From: Escherichia coli
GTDB taxonomy: Bacteria > Pseudomonadota > Gammaproteobacteria > Enterobacterales > Enterobacteriaceae
Strand: one strand, 5' to 3'
NCBI GenBank assembly: GCA_017639185.1
Contig: GCA_017639185.1_4892.1
Length of the DNA: 53,474 nt
The translations under genes and the position numbers were made by a program. The notes beneath the pieces were generated by a model. It searched no databases and had not been told where the DNA came from. It worked only from the letters and a program-made list of their open reading frames with translations. Shown here in pieces: positions 45,802 through 53,474 of this stretch. Numbering within the stretch: the first letter of the stretch is position 1; the number at the start of each line of letters is the position of its first letter.

Positions 45802-46344
45802 TTACTCCGGCATAGGTGGAACAACCATAGCGGAACCAAGGTTAATGTCAAGACGATTGACAGCAATCCTGTAATCACGCCATTTAGCAAATAGCTCTTT
45901 TTCTTCATCGGTAGCATTGCCACTATCAACTGTGTCGCGTAAAACACTGACCTTGGTCGAAGCGATGGACAGAGCTTGTTCTTTACGCTCACGAGCAATC
46001 TCCTTCATCATTGGTGCGTTAAGCGTAAACTCTTTACCGTCAAACAGCCATTCGCCAACCGTCTCGAAGATGTTGAAGGGCGGGTCGTACGTTACAACCA
46101 TATCGCAACCCACAGGATGGAACATAGTTGGATCGGTATGTGCAGCTACAACCACACCGTTCTTATCTACCTGCAAGAACGTTGCACCATTATATTCGTT
46201 AGTGAGCTCTTTTGCGAGATCGTACCAGTCGCGACCTTCCTCATCCTTGAGGAAGATTGCACCAGCATTTACAATGTTCTCGTTCTCTTCTGTTACCTCA
46301 GGATGGTACATGGTAAAATTACGGAACACTTTATGCTTAGTCAT
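45802..46344 (-). CDS. tail fibre assembly protein (lambda Tfa-like), paralog 1
   Basis: C-terminus ATDEEKELFAKWRDYRIAVNRLDINLGSAMVVPPMPE closely matches the lambda Tfa C-terminal region as recalled. Confidence 0.7.
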   Translation of the reverse strand: MTKHKVFRNFTMYHPEVTEENENIVNAGAIFLKDEEGRDWYDLAKELTNEYNGATFLQVDKNGVVVAAHTDPTMFHPVGCDMVVTYDPPFNIFETVGEWLFDGKEFTLNAPMMKEIARERKEQALSIASTKVSVLRDTVDSGNATDEEKELFAKWRDYRIAVNRLDINLGSAMVVPPMPE

Positions 46345-46353
46345 AATAAACCT

Positions 46354-47694
46354 TTACGATACGTTGCTTACGTTAATCCAAGTGCCGTTAATGTAATACT
46401 GTAACGGCGCTGACCAGTATGAACCACCGCGCAGCTCTTTCTTATTGCCGAAGCGCCAGCCAGTCATTACATGCCCAGGGTAGAACGTTGACTCGGATAC
46501 ACCAGCAGCAATACGAGCGCCGAGTCGAATACCCCGAACGTTACCGGCTGAAGTATCGATAGGCTGCGGGTTGTTAGGTGAATATACTCTAACACCATTC
46601 TCGCATAAAATAAAGCTATTTGTGGTAGTTACTCGGCTATTAAGACCATCTACCTGCAAAGCTACTGTACGACGGTCGGCAATACCACCAGGGCGACATA
46701 CTGCCATGTTAATCTGTGTAGCACCACCAGCCACAAGGATGTGCTGGATGTGCGACATAGGCACAGATCCCCAGCGAGCAGCAGTGACAACATTACTGTT
46801 AGCCGCGACAGAAATTGAAGTCAGCAGCTCCTGAACAGCAGTACCGCCTGCGATGTTACCAGAATACTCAACAGTACCTACACCGGCGGAGTTAGCAGCA
46901 CGTAGCAAGTCGGAAGTAGTACGTGCAATATGTAACCAGCCTACAGTACCTAAGTTGCCGCGGATTGAGTCAGAACCATCCATAGGGATGAAGTCCTGGT
47001 TAATGCCCAGCTCAGATGCCGTAGGTTTATTATCAGGCCCGTAAGAGTATGACCATTCGCCCCAGGTATTGTTAACCTTCTCACGCATGGCTATTACGCG
47101 CTTACCCTTGGTGCGTCCCCACTGTGAAGCGTTTTTCTCATCCCAGTTGATATGCAGAATCTCAGTCTCAACGCCGTTAGTAGGTCCGCCCGTACCTGAC
47201 GCTGGAAGCTGGTAGATACCGTCGTTTACAATGCTGTTGGCATTAGTAACTACCTCAGCGTTGCCACCTAGCCCAAATGCACCGACCTGGATTACGTTAC
47301 CAGAGGCTTTACCGATCTGACGTGCTGCAGCAGATGCAGCAGTCAGGTCAAGTACAGGACGCCACTGCGTAGGGTTAGCAGACGGTACCATGTTAATATT
47401 TTGCACCAGACAACGGTACAGCATATTGTCGGCGTTAACTTTAACCAGTGCACCAACCGGGTAGGTCTCAGTTTCTACCCATACATCAACACCCTGCTGT
47501 AGGATGTAGTGGATACCTTTGTCAGTACGGTTACCGATAAAGTTAAACCACTCCATCGGAGGAATACCTTCCGAGTACCCAAGGGTTGCACCCCAGCCTC
47601 GAGCAAGGTCACCGAACGGCAGCAGTTCACCAGTACCTGCTGAGCTGGCGAAGATGTCGTTATCGGGTCTTGTTTGTACATCAGCCATATACAT
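46354..47694 (-). CDS. tail fibre protein
   Basis: 446-aa Gly/Asn/Thr-rich ORF immediately upstream of two Tfa-like genes. Confidence 0.6.
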   Translation of the reverse strand: MYMADVQTRPDNDIFASSAGTGELLPFGDLARGWGATLGYSEGIPPMEWFNFIGNRTDKGIHYILQQGVDVWVETETYPVGALVKVNADNMLYRCLVQNINMVPSANPTQWRPVLDLTAASAAARQIGKASGNVIQVGAFGLGGNAEVVTNANSIVNDGIYQLPASGTGGPTNGVETEILHINWDEKNASQWGRTKGKRVIAMREKVNNTWGEWSYSYGPDNKPTASELGINQDFIPMDGSDSIRGNLGTVGWLHIARTTSDLLRAANSAGVGTVEYSGNIAGGTAVQELLTSISVAANSNVVTAARWGSVPMSHIQHILVAGGATQINMAVCRPGGIADRRTVALQVDGLNSRVTTTNSFILCENGVRVYSPNNPQPIDTSAGNVRGIRLGARIAAGVSESTFYPGHVMTGWRFGNKKELRGGSYWSAPLQYYINGTWINVSNVS

Positions 47695-48340
47695 TCACCT
47701 GTGCTGGTAAGTTTACAGTAGCATAACGGTACAGGCTATCTGTAACGTCAACGCTCGTATTAAGTTCAATCTTCACCCCTGTGGGGCGCGGAAGAATATC
47801 GTAGTTCTGAATCAACACTTGTTTAAGCGGAGTCAGAGTACTGTATATCTCCAGAGTCATTGTCATATCTTCGTTGTCAGTTATAACGAAGTTATTCATT
47901 CCGAAGAATTCAATCAGGAAGTCAATTAAATACGGCATAGTACCGTCTTGCATGTTCTTCCAGATTTTCATCTTGATGTAAGTACGTAGGTCAATATCAT
48001 CAAGAATTACAGGGTCCCATACTGATGCACCGTAACGGTAGAACGGACCGCCTTTATTACCAGACGAACCGCCGAAGCCAAGCACGTCTGGTACTTTATT
48101 GGTAAAGCCGAAGAACTTACGGTCTACGCCTTTCTTGAGAACACGAGATGCGCCGACGCGGGCTGCAACATTATCAAGACCTTTACCAAAAGCTTTATCT
48201 ATATTAAGGCTATCAACAACTTGTTGGGCGCCGTCCCAGATACCTTGAATTGCATCATCGAAGCCCTTAATAGTTGCAACAGCTTTTGGTTTATCAGCGT
48301 ACTGTTGAATAAGTAGTTTATGATATTCAGCCATCAGCAT
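47681..48340 (-). CDS. baseplate/tail protein (gpI-like by position)
   Basis: 219-aa ORF between a baseplate J-like gene and the tail fibre gene. Confidence 0.35.
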   Translation of the reverse strand: MLMAEYHKLLIQQYADKPKAVATIKGFDDAIQGIWDGAQQVVDSLNIDKAFGKGLDNVAARVGASRVLKKGVDRKFFGFTNKVPDVLGFGGSSGNKGGPFYRYGASVWDPVILDDIDLRTYIKMKIWKNMQDGTMPYLIDFLIEFFGMNNFVITDNEDMTMTLEIYSTLTPLKQVLIQNYDILPRPTGVKIELNTSVDVTDSLYRYATVNLPAQVNVYG

Positions 48341-49499
48341 TCACCACTGCAATAGTGATACGGTCTGCAGCGAATATTGCACGCTCAAGAGCAGTGATAC
48401 GCAGAATCGTATCTGTCGACGGATTAGCTGATTTACCCACAAAGAAAGTCTTGATGTAGAAGTTAGGGCTTACGCCATTCGCTTCTTGAATTAGCTGACC
48501 CAGTTCGTAGGTTGATACCTCTTCACCGATATTGTATACCTTGGACAGAATAGCATTCTTAATAAGTTCCTCGGAAACGTCGGTAAACAGTTCCTTACGG
48601 GCTACAACGAGTGAAGCATAAGCCTCAACATAAGTAGGCTGACTCCATTTCATTGTGCGCTGTGTACCTGACTTATCCGTAATCTGATAAGACACAGTGC
48701 CAATCTGCTTACAGCCATTAGTCTTACGACGGAAGATGCAATCAGCAATAGCCGCAGGTGAACCGCCATCCACAACAATCTGCATACTATGAGGAGGTAA
48801 GCCAGTTAACGGGTCCTGTGTGCTTCCTTCGTTCTCGTAACCGTTACATGCGATAACATCAGTCATCTGACGAATCTCAGCAACAATACCATCGATGCTG
48901 TTCGTGCCAGGTTTGCCGTAAGAAGCATATGCCCGGTCTATTGCCTCAGAGTCGAGCTCAGTGGATGCACCGCCAGACGACACTTGCATGTTGGTAACTT
49001 TACGTACACCAGAAACAATAGTCTGTGGTTTAAGTTCATCGTTTGCAAGTACGACAAAGCGGCCAGTCTTAACAGAGCTGAAGCTTGTTTCTACTACACC
49101 GTTATCATCCAGCGCAACAGTGGAGTTAAGCTGGTATACATTGTTCGAGCTGTCAGTTACATAGTAAGGCGTACGTATAATAGTGTTACGGTCGCCTTCA
49201 ATCTTAACCTTAGTCAACAGCGTTGACATCTCGCCTTTACGCTGAAGCGCTACGTAGGCAAGAAACTGGTCTACGTATACACCAGATGCCTGGTTAGGGT
49301 CAAGCATAGAAAACAGAATTGCAACTTGCTCGTCCTGGTCTGCAAACATCTGTGCCAGAATACCAACCATTTGTCCGTCAGCAGACTTAGCTGACAAATC
49401 AATATCCGCGCCGTACACACGACGGAAGAGCGTTTCGAATCTGCTGATCCAGTCGTCGAGCTTGACGGGAACATAGCCTGTGCTAGTTACAGAGCCCAT
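48327..49499 (-). CDS. baseplate J-like protein
   Basis: 390-aa ORF. Size and position typical of the baseplate J/gp47 family. Confidence 0.45.
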   Translation of the reverse strand: MGSVTSTGYVPVKLDDWISRFETLFRRVYGADIDLSAKSADGQMVGILAQMFADQDEQVAILFSMLDPNQASGVYVDQFLAYVALQRKGEMSTLLTKVKIEGDRNTIIRTPYYVTDSSNNVYQLNSTVALDDNGVVETSFSSVKTGRFVVLANDELKPQTIVSGVRKVTNMQVSSGGASTELDSEAIDRAYASYGKPGTNSIDGIVAEIRQMTDVIACNGYENEGSTQDPLTGLPPHSMQIVVDGGSPAAIADCIFRRKTNGCKQIGTVSYQITDKSGTQRTMKWSQPTYVEAYASLVVARKELFTDVSEELIKNAILSKVYNIGEEVSTYELGQLIQEANGVSPNFYIKTFFVGKSANPSTDTILRITALERAIFAADRITIAVVNADG

Positions 49500-49870
49500 C
49501 AGTTTTCTCCGGTTAAATTAATACTTCTGTTAATAGAGGTTGTGTTGTGGTAAATATCATTAACCTCAACCGAATAAACAGCGTGACGTGAGTCAGGGTC
49601 GAAGCTTAGGGTAAAGCTCTCGATAGAACTAACTCCATACTCCGCAAGTATTGCTGTCTTGATTGCAGCTTCCAGGTCAGCCCATCGAACAGGCTTCTCC
49701 ATTAGTCCGAACCAGTCAATGCCATAGTCCAGGTCATGTACCCAGTCCATAGTATAACAGCGGAGTATCTGCACGATGCGTTGTTCAATGGACTCAGACG
49801 TATCGGCGTAGTCAAGTCGGCCACGCCCAAAATTCCAGTCCCAGTTTGAATCGAGTCGTCTAGTTCGCAT
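49499..49870 (-). CDS. baseplate wedge protein (gp25/W-like)
   Basis: 123 aa. Segment SIEQRIVQILRCYTMDWVHDLDYGIDWFGL resembles gp25-like proteins by eye. Confidence 0.4.
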   Translation of the reverse strand: MRTRRLDSNWDWNFGRGRLDYADTSESIEQRIVQILRCYTMDWVHDLDYGIDWFGLMEKPVRWADLEAAIKTAILAEYGVSSIESFTLSFDPDSRHAVYSVEVNDIYHNTTSINRSINLTGEN

Positions 49871-49880
49871 TGTGGGTTAC

Positions 49881-50528
49881 CTAGTTTTGCGGGCCATTAG
49901 TAATACCACCACCATCACCGTTTTCTTGGTGTCTGTGTTTGGACATCTTAACGCCGCCAATGTCAACTTCTTTAAACTTGGCCACTGTGTTTGGTGCATT
50001 AAGTGTTGGTGTATCAAGCAAGTCCACTGCTGTAGCCTTTATCGATACCTTGCCAGCATTATTAATATTGATATAGTGACTTCCGTCAACCTTACGGATA
50101 GTTACACCTTCCATCCAGTTTGTTATCTTCAGAGGCTTAGGTCTGAAGCCCACAAGACAGAAGCAGTCTGACAGGTCATTCTGTCGGAAGTCACCTGGTA
50201 TAGCGTTTTCAGCCAGCTCATACCATACGTCAATACATCTGTCTGCAACAAGAAGTAAGCACGGGTCGCCTTTCTTTGGTTCAAGCGTTATAACAAAATC
50301 ACCACCGCCTAGCTGGAATAAAGGAACATCAGCTGCTGGTGGTAGTGGTCTCATTGAACCATCTTCGTTTTCGGCACTAACCATAGGTTCAACAACAACA
50401 GTCTGTAGTTTGCTGTTAAACGATACTATACGGCCAGGTAAACAGTGGCGCTTACCAATCATTGCAGCAAACAGTGCAGCTTCAATGGCCTCGTCAAGTG
50501 TTGCTGTATTATAATCAATAGCTGACAT
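49881..50528 (-). CDS. baseplate spike/assembly protein (gpV-like by position)
   Basis: 215-aa ORF. C-terminus HRHQENGDGGGITNGPQN. Confidence 0.35.
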   Translation of the reverse strand: MSAIDYNTATLDEAIEAALFAAMIGKRHCLPGRIVSFNSKLQTVVVEPMVSAENEDGSMRPLPPAADVPLFQLGGGDFVITLEPKKGDPCLLLVADRCIDVWYELAENAIPGDFRQNDLSDCFCLVGFRPKPLKITNWMEGVTIRKVDGSHYININNAGKVSIKATAVDLLDTPTLNAPNTVAKFKEVDIGGVKMSKHRHQENGDGGGITNGPQN

Positions 50529-51508
50529 CAGCTACCTCCGCCTATTGTATGGTCAACACCGGGTTCAGTAACATAGTCATACTCAATCTTCGACAGTTTG
50601 CGTGGCTTCTTGAGTCGACGAACTTTCTTCGCGAACTGTCCACCGAGAACCGTCAAGTCAGCACGCCACGGTCCTTTCGGTTTATTGTCACCCCGAAATC
50701 TTATAGTGTCGATTTTATACTGTCCGTTGTACTGTGTAAACATAGAATTTACTTGTACAAGACCACCGATGGCCAGAGAAGGATTCAGGTTGCAAGTAAC
50801 CTCAAGACCTTTGTCTGTGCCGCGAGGAGCACCAATCATACCAGACGATTCTGACAGCACAACAACGTCGTAGTCAGTAACAGAGTCGTTAGGAATGATA
50901 TTGAGTTTATTGTCTTGTATAGACCAGGTAGCCTTGTTGGCAGCAGCAACCTGGTCGAGTATGCTGTGCGTTTGTCCGAACAGAGCACGTGCCCGTAGGA
51001 AAGCAGGTTTGTTGTTATCAAGGCAGACGTACCCTTCTTCAACGCTTGGCATACTAGCCAGGCAAACGTCAACAACACTGTCATACGTAGAGCCAGCGGC
51101 CAGCGTCGTATTAACAAAGCCATCGTTGTAAGACTTACGGGCATCGCCACATTCGAGAACAGTCTGAATATCAAGGCCGTTTCGTTGGTCATTAGCGCGA
51201 GTAATATCGCCTTCGAATATCAAGCGATAAACTATGTTGTCAAGACCGTAACCCACAGATAGACGGACGTAATCCCAGGTACCCGACGCCAACTTATAAC
51301 GGTTGGATTCAGTCAAGTTGAACACTGTGATTGTCGCTTTATTTGGATGCTTCGTGTTACCCTTTTGAATGTCAAAGGTAACACGAAGATTTGAGATGAT
51401 TATGCCTTCATCTTTACCGTTGCTGACCTCAAGCTTTAACGCGCGGCCAAACTGACGGGTAGGCTGTTTTGTCGACGATGTAGACACTGCAACGTCCTCC
51501 CATGTCAT
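50528..51508 (-). CDS. baseplate hub-like tail protein
   Basis: 326-aa ORF in the baseplate block. Confidence 0.3.
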   Translation of the reverse strand: MTWEDVAVSTSSTKQPTRQFGRALKLEVSNGKDEGIIISNLRVTFDIQKGNTKHPNKATITVFNLTESNRYKLASGTWDYVRLSVGYGLDNIVYRLIFEGDITRANDQRNGLDIQTVLECGDARKSYNDGFVNTTLAAGSTYDSVVDVCLASMPSVEEGYVCLDNNKPAFLRARALFGQTHSILDQVAAANKATWSIQDNKLNIIPNDSVTDYDVVVLSESSGMIGAPRGTDKGLEVTCNLNPSLAIGGLVQVNSMFTQYNGQYKIDTIRFRGDNKPKGPWRADLTVLGGQFAKKVRRLKKPRKLSKIEYDYVTEPGVDHTIGGGS

Positions 51509-51821
51509 CTGTAGTCATAGGACCGATGCGGCTGGAGGATTTGTCACTTACCAGCAACGCTATACGCGTGTCCCAGTTACCAAAAGCAATACGCCCATAT
51601 TGTAAAGCATAACTGGAACAAAGTACAGCATTACTTGATATGTCAGTCACTGTAGCCTGCCAGAGCTGACCTACCGTGTTATAGTACAACTCAATGTTAT
51701 ACGTATATCCAGCGATAGAAATTGATATTGATTGCTTACCTTCGGAGGTAGGTTCCAAGTCGTAAATACCAGAACCATCATTACCTATAATGTCAAGGAA
51801 AGCAGTTGTGGTAAATATCAT
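51429..51821 (-). CDS. tail structural protein, unknown function
   Basis: 130-aa ORF. Confidence 0.35.
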   Translation of the reverse strand: MIFTTTAFLDIIGNDGSGIYDLEPTSEGKQSISISIAGYTYNIELYYNTVGQLWQATVTDISSNAVLCSSYALQYGRIAFGNWDTRIALLVSDKSSSRIGPMTTDDMGGRCSVYIVDKTAYPSVWPRVKA

Positions 51822-52717
51822 CAGAATATGCCTCGTAAGTTAAAGCCAAACATGTCACCGAGTGTTACACCAAAACCGCGGTTATCGTTTACACGTTTCT
51901 CGCTAATCGGTGTAGTTGTGTTTATGTCCTTCTTACTGGTGGCATCACCCTGTCCTTGTGCACGTCCGCTTTTCTTAGTGCCGTTATTAGCAGGGCGGCC
52001 TGTCGACTTAGCGGCTACAGCGTTTGTAACTACAATCGGCACTTCGATGACTTCACGGAACGTAAGGGTAAACGTAGCTGAACCGTCTTTCTCCTGTACA
52101 ACACGAACAGACTTCAAAAGCATATTCGTATACTTGAAGATACCAGTGTCAACGTCACAGTAGATAACGTTTTTCTGTAAATCCAGCAAGGTACGGTATA
52201 CCTGTTCAATCCTCATATTGTCCGAAGACTTAAGCTGTTCAGCTATACTAAAGTCAGGAAGCCATGGAACTAAAGAGCGTGAAATGGTAGCGTCTAAACC
52301 GCCCCAGTCTATAAAGGATGCTAGCTTGTTAACAGCAAAGTCCCTTGTTCCTTCAAGCGCAGTAGACACTACCTGTGGAAGCTGAATATCATCCAAGAAA
52401 TCCATAGACCGTAGACCGGTTACATCCTTAATTGTTGACTCTTGAATTGACTCGTCGATATAACCAACTACCACGCCAGTTACAGTAATAACTTTTGGTT
52501 GTACTGCAGCATGGTCCGAAGCCTTAGCCCCGGACTCAAGTTCATTGTCAGCGATGTCAAGGTCAGACTGATGTTCCTCATTGGTGACAGCATCCATCTT
52601 AATGCCTCCGCAGTTGCGGAAGCGTAAGGTGGTCGTACCGTCGCCCATGAGTCTGTCGCGGGCTTCTTGGTACAAGTCGTTGGCAGCATCAGTAATTCCA
52701 GCAAAGATGTCACTCAT
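51821..52717 (-). CDS. tail protein downstream of tape measure (distal tail / DNA-circulation-like)
   Basis: 298-aa ORF immediately after the tape measure stop. Confidence 0.35.
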   Translation of the reverse strand: MSDIFAGITDAANDLYQEARDRLMGDGTTTLRFRNCGGIKMDAVTNEEHQSDLDIADNELESGAKASDHAAVQPKVITVTGVVVGYIDESIQESTIKDVTGLRSMDFLDDIQLPQVVSTALEGTRDFAVNKLASFIDWGGLDATISRSLVPWLPDFSIAEQLKSSDNMRIEQVYRTLLDLQKNVIYCDVDTGIFKYTNMLLKSVRVVQEKDGSATFTLTFREVIEVPIVVTNAVAAKSTGRPANNGTKKSGRAQGQGDATSKKDINTTTPISEKRVNDNRGFGVTLGDMFGFNLRGIF

Positions 52718-53474
52718 TGTGTTACCGCCGTTTTGTTGTTAGCCCTTACAGTAGCATTCTCTTTCTGCGCCTGTTTGACCTGGTCATTGACCTCACGACC
52801 TACTTCTTGTGGGTTCTGTACACCGGTAATAGTAGCGTCAACTTTAACGCTATTATCCTGGTGGATAACAGTCGCGTTCTGCTGCTGGTTTTGCTTAGCA
52901 GTATTTATCGCCGACTGCATAGCCTGACCGCCAGCTGTCATCTCCCCTGTAATAGGGTTGAAGTTACGCATTGACCAGTTGAGTGCCCTACTCCAGAAGC
53001 TTCCGCCCTGTTCAGTGGTAGGCGACACAGCATTGACAGTAGCCTCCGCACCTGTCACAAGTTTGTTACCAGCAAAGCCCAGTGTAGAATCTAGCTTACC
53101 AAACAACGCCATCAGGAACTTACCGCCAGGCAGCTGGTAAAGTGCTTCAGACAACCACAGCTTTATTTGCTCTATGCCTTGCTTAACTTCGCCGAGGAAA
53201 CCTTGCCACCAGTTACCGAGCCGGTTCCATAAGCGGCCGTCAAATATTGACAGAATAAAGTCTGCAATAACTACGATATACTGCTTGACAATTCCCCATG
53301 CAGCAACAACGTCTTTTGACCACTTAACAACTGTCTCACGTCCTGCCAGAGCATCATCGAGGTCAGCGAGTACAGCAATAACTGCGCCGATAGCAAGTAC
53401 AATCCACGTAAGCGGGTTCATAAGTATTTTGGCAGCTAAACCCACAAAGGCATTGCCGACCTTAGTCAGCACGG
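52714..53474 (-). CDS. tail tape measure protein, C-terminal part (5' end beyond window end; joins 1..901 if circular)
   Basis: Frame open to the last base of the window. Window-end sequence VLTKVGNAFVGLAAKILMNPLTWIVLAIGAVIAVL continues the hydrophobic segment that ends the 1..901 translation. Confidence 0.7.
   Translation of the reverse strand, partial: VLTKVGNAFVGLAAKILMNPLTWIVLAIGAVIAVLADLDDALAGRETVVKWSKDVVAAWGIVKQYIVVIADFILSIFDGRLWNRLGNWWQGFLGEVKQGIEQIKLWLSEALYQLPGGKFLMALFGKLDSTLGFAGNKLVTGAEATVNAVSPTTEQGGSFWSRALNWSMRNFNPITGEMTAGGQAMQSAINTAKQNQQQNATVIHQDNSVKVDATITGVQNPQEVGREVNDQVKQAQKENATVRANNKTAVTQ

Overview
The window reads as a complete, densely coded ~53.5 kb tailed-phage genome opened arbitrarily inside the tail tape measure gene. 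The minus-strand gene running off position 1 and the minus-strand gene running off position 53474 join in the same frame across the ends. No integrase, repressor, CRISPR array or rRNA was seen, and no tRNA could be folded with confidence.

Layout:
- Minus-strand morphogenesis arm (19518 -> 1, wrapping to 53474 -> 43902): metalloprotease-like protein, DHFR-like protein, dNMP kinase, small and large terminase, portal, scaffold, major capsid, four neck/connector proteins, an inserted module (coiled-coil protein, 985-aa W/Y-rich protein, two Ig-like-domain proteins), sheath-like and tube-like proteins, chaperone with a candidate -1 frameshift, tape measure, baseplate-like proteins, tail fibre, two tail fibre assembly paralogs, then a lysis cassette (pinholin-like holin, P1 Lyz-like SAR endolysin, overlapping spanins).
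- Plus-strand early/replication arm (20367 -> 43886): small acidic early proteins, RecA-fold ATPase, dCMP deaminase, Cas4-like nuclease, HNH endonuclease, SF2 helicase, MazG-like protein, thymidylate-synthase-family enzyme, family A DNA polymerase, TraR/DksA-like zinc finger.
- Minus-strand island inside the early arm (23479..27768): primase-helicase, Bro-N protein, Hjc-like nuclease, bounded by AT-rich repeat-bearing DNA.
- An 835-bp divergent control region (19531..20366) with repeats and perfect palindromes.

All functional calls rest on motifs read by eye and on gene order; none is backed by a database search. Host (probably enterobacterial, from the P1 Lyz-like and lambda Tfa-like proteins) and a contractile tail are inferences.
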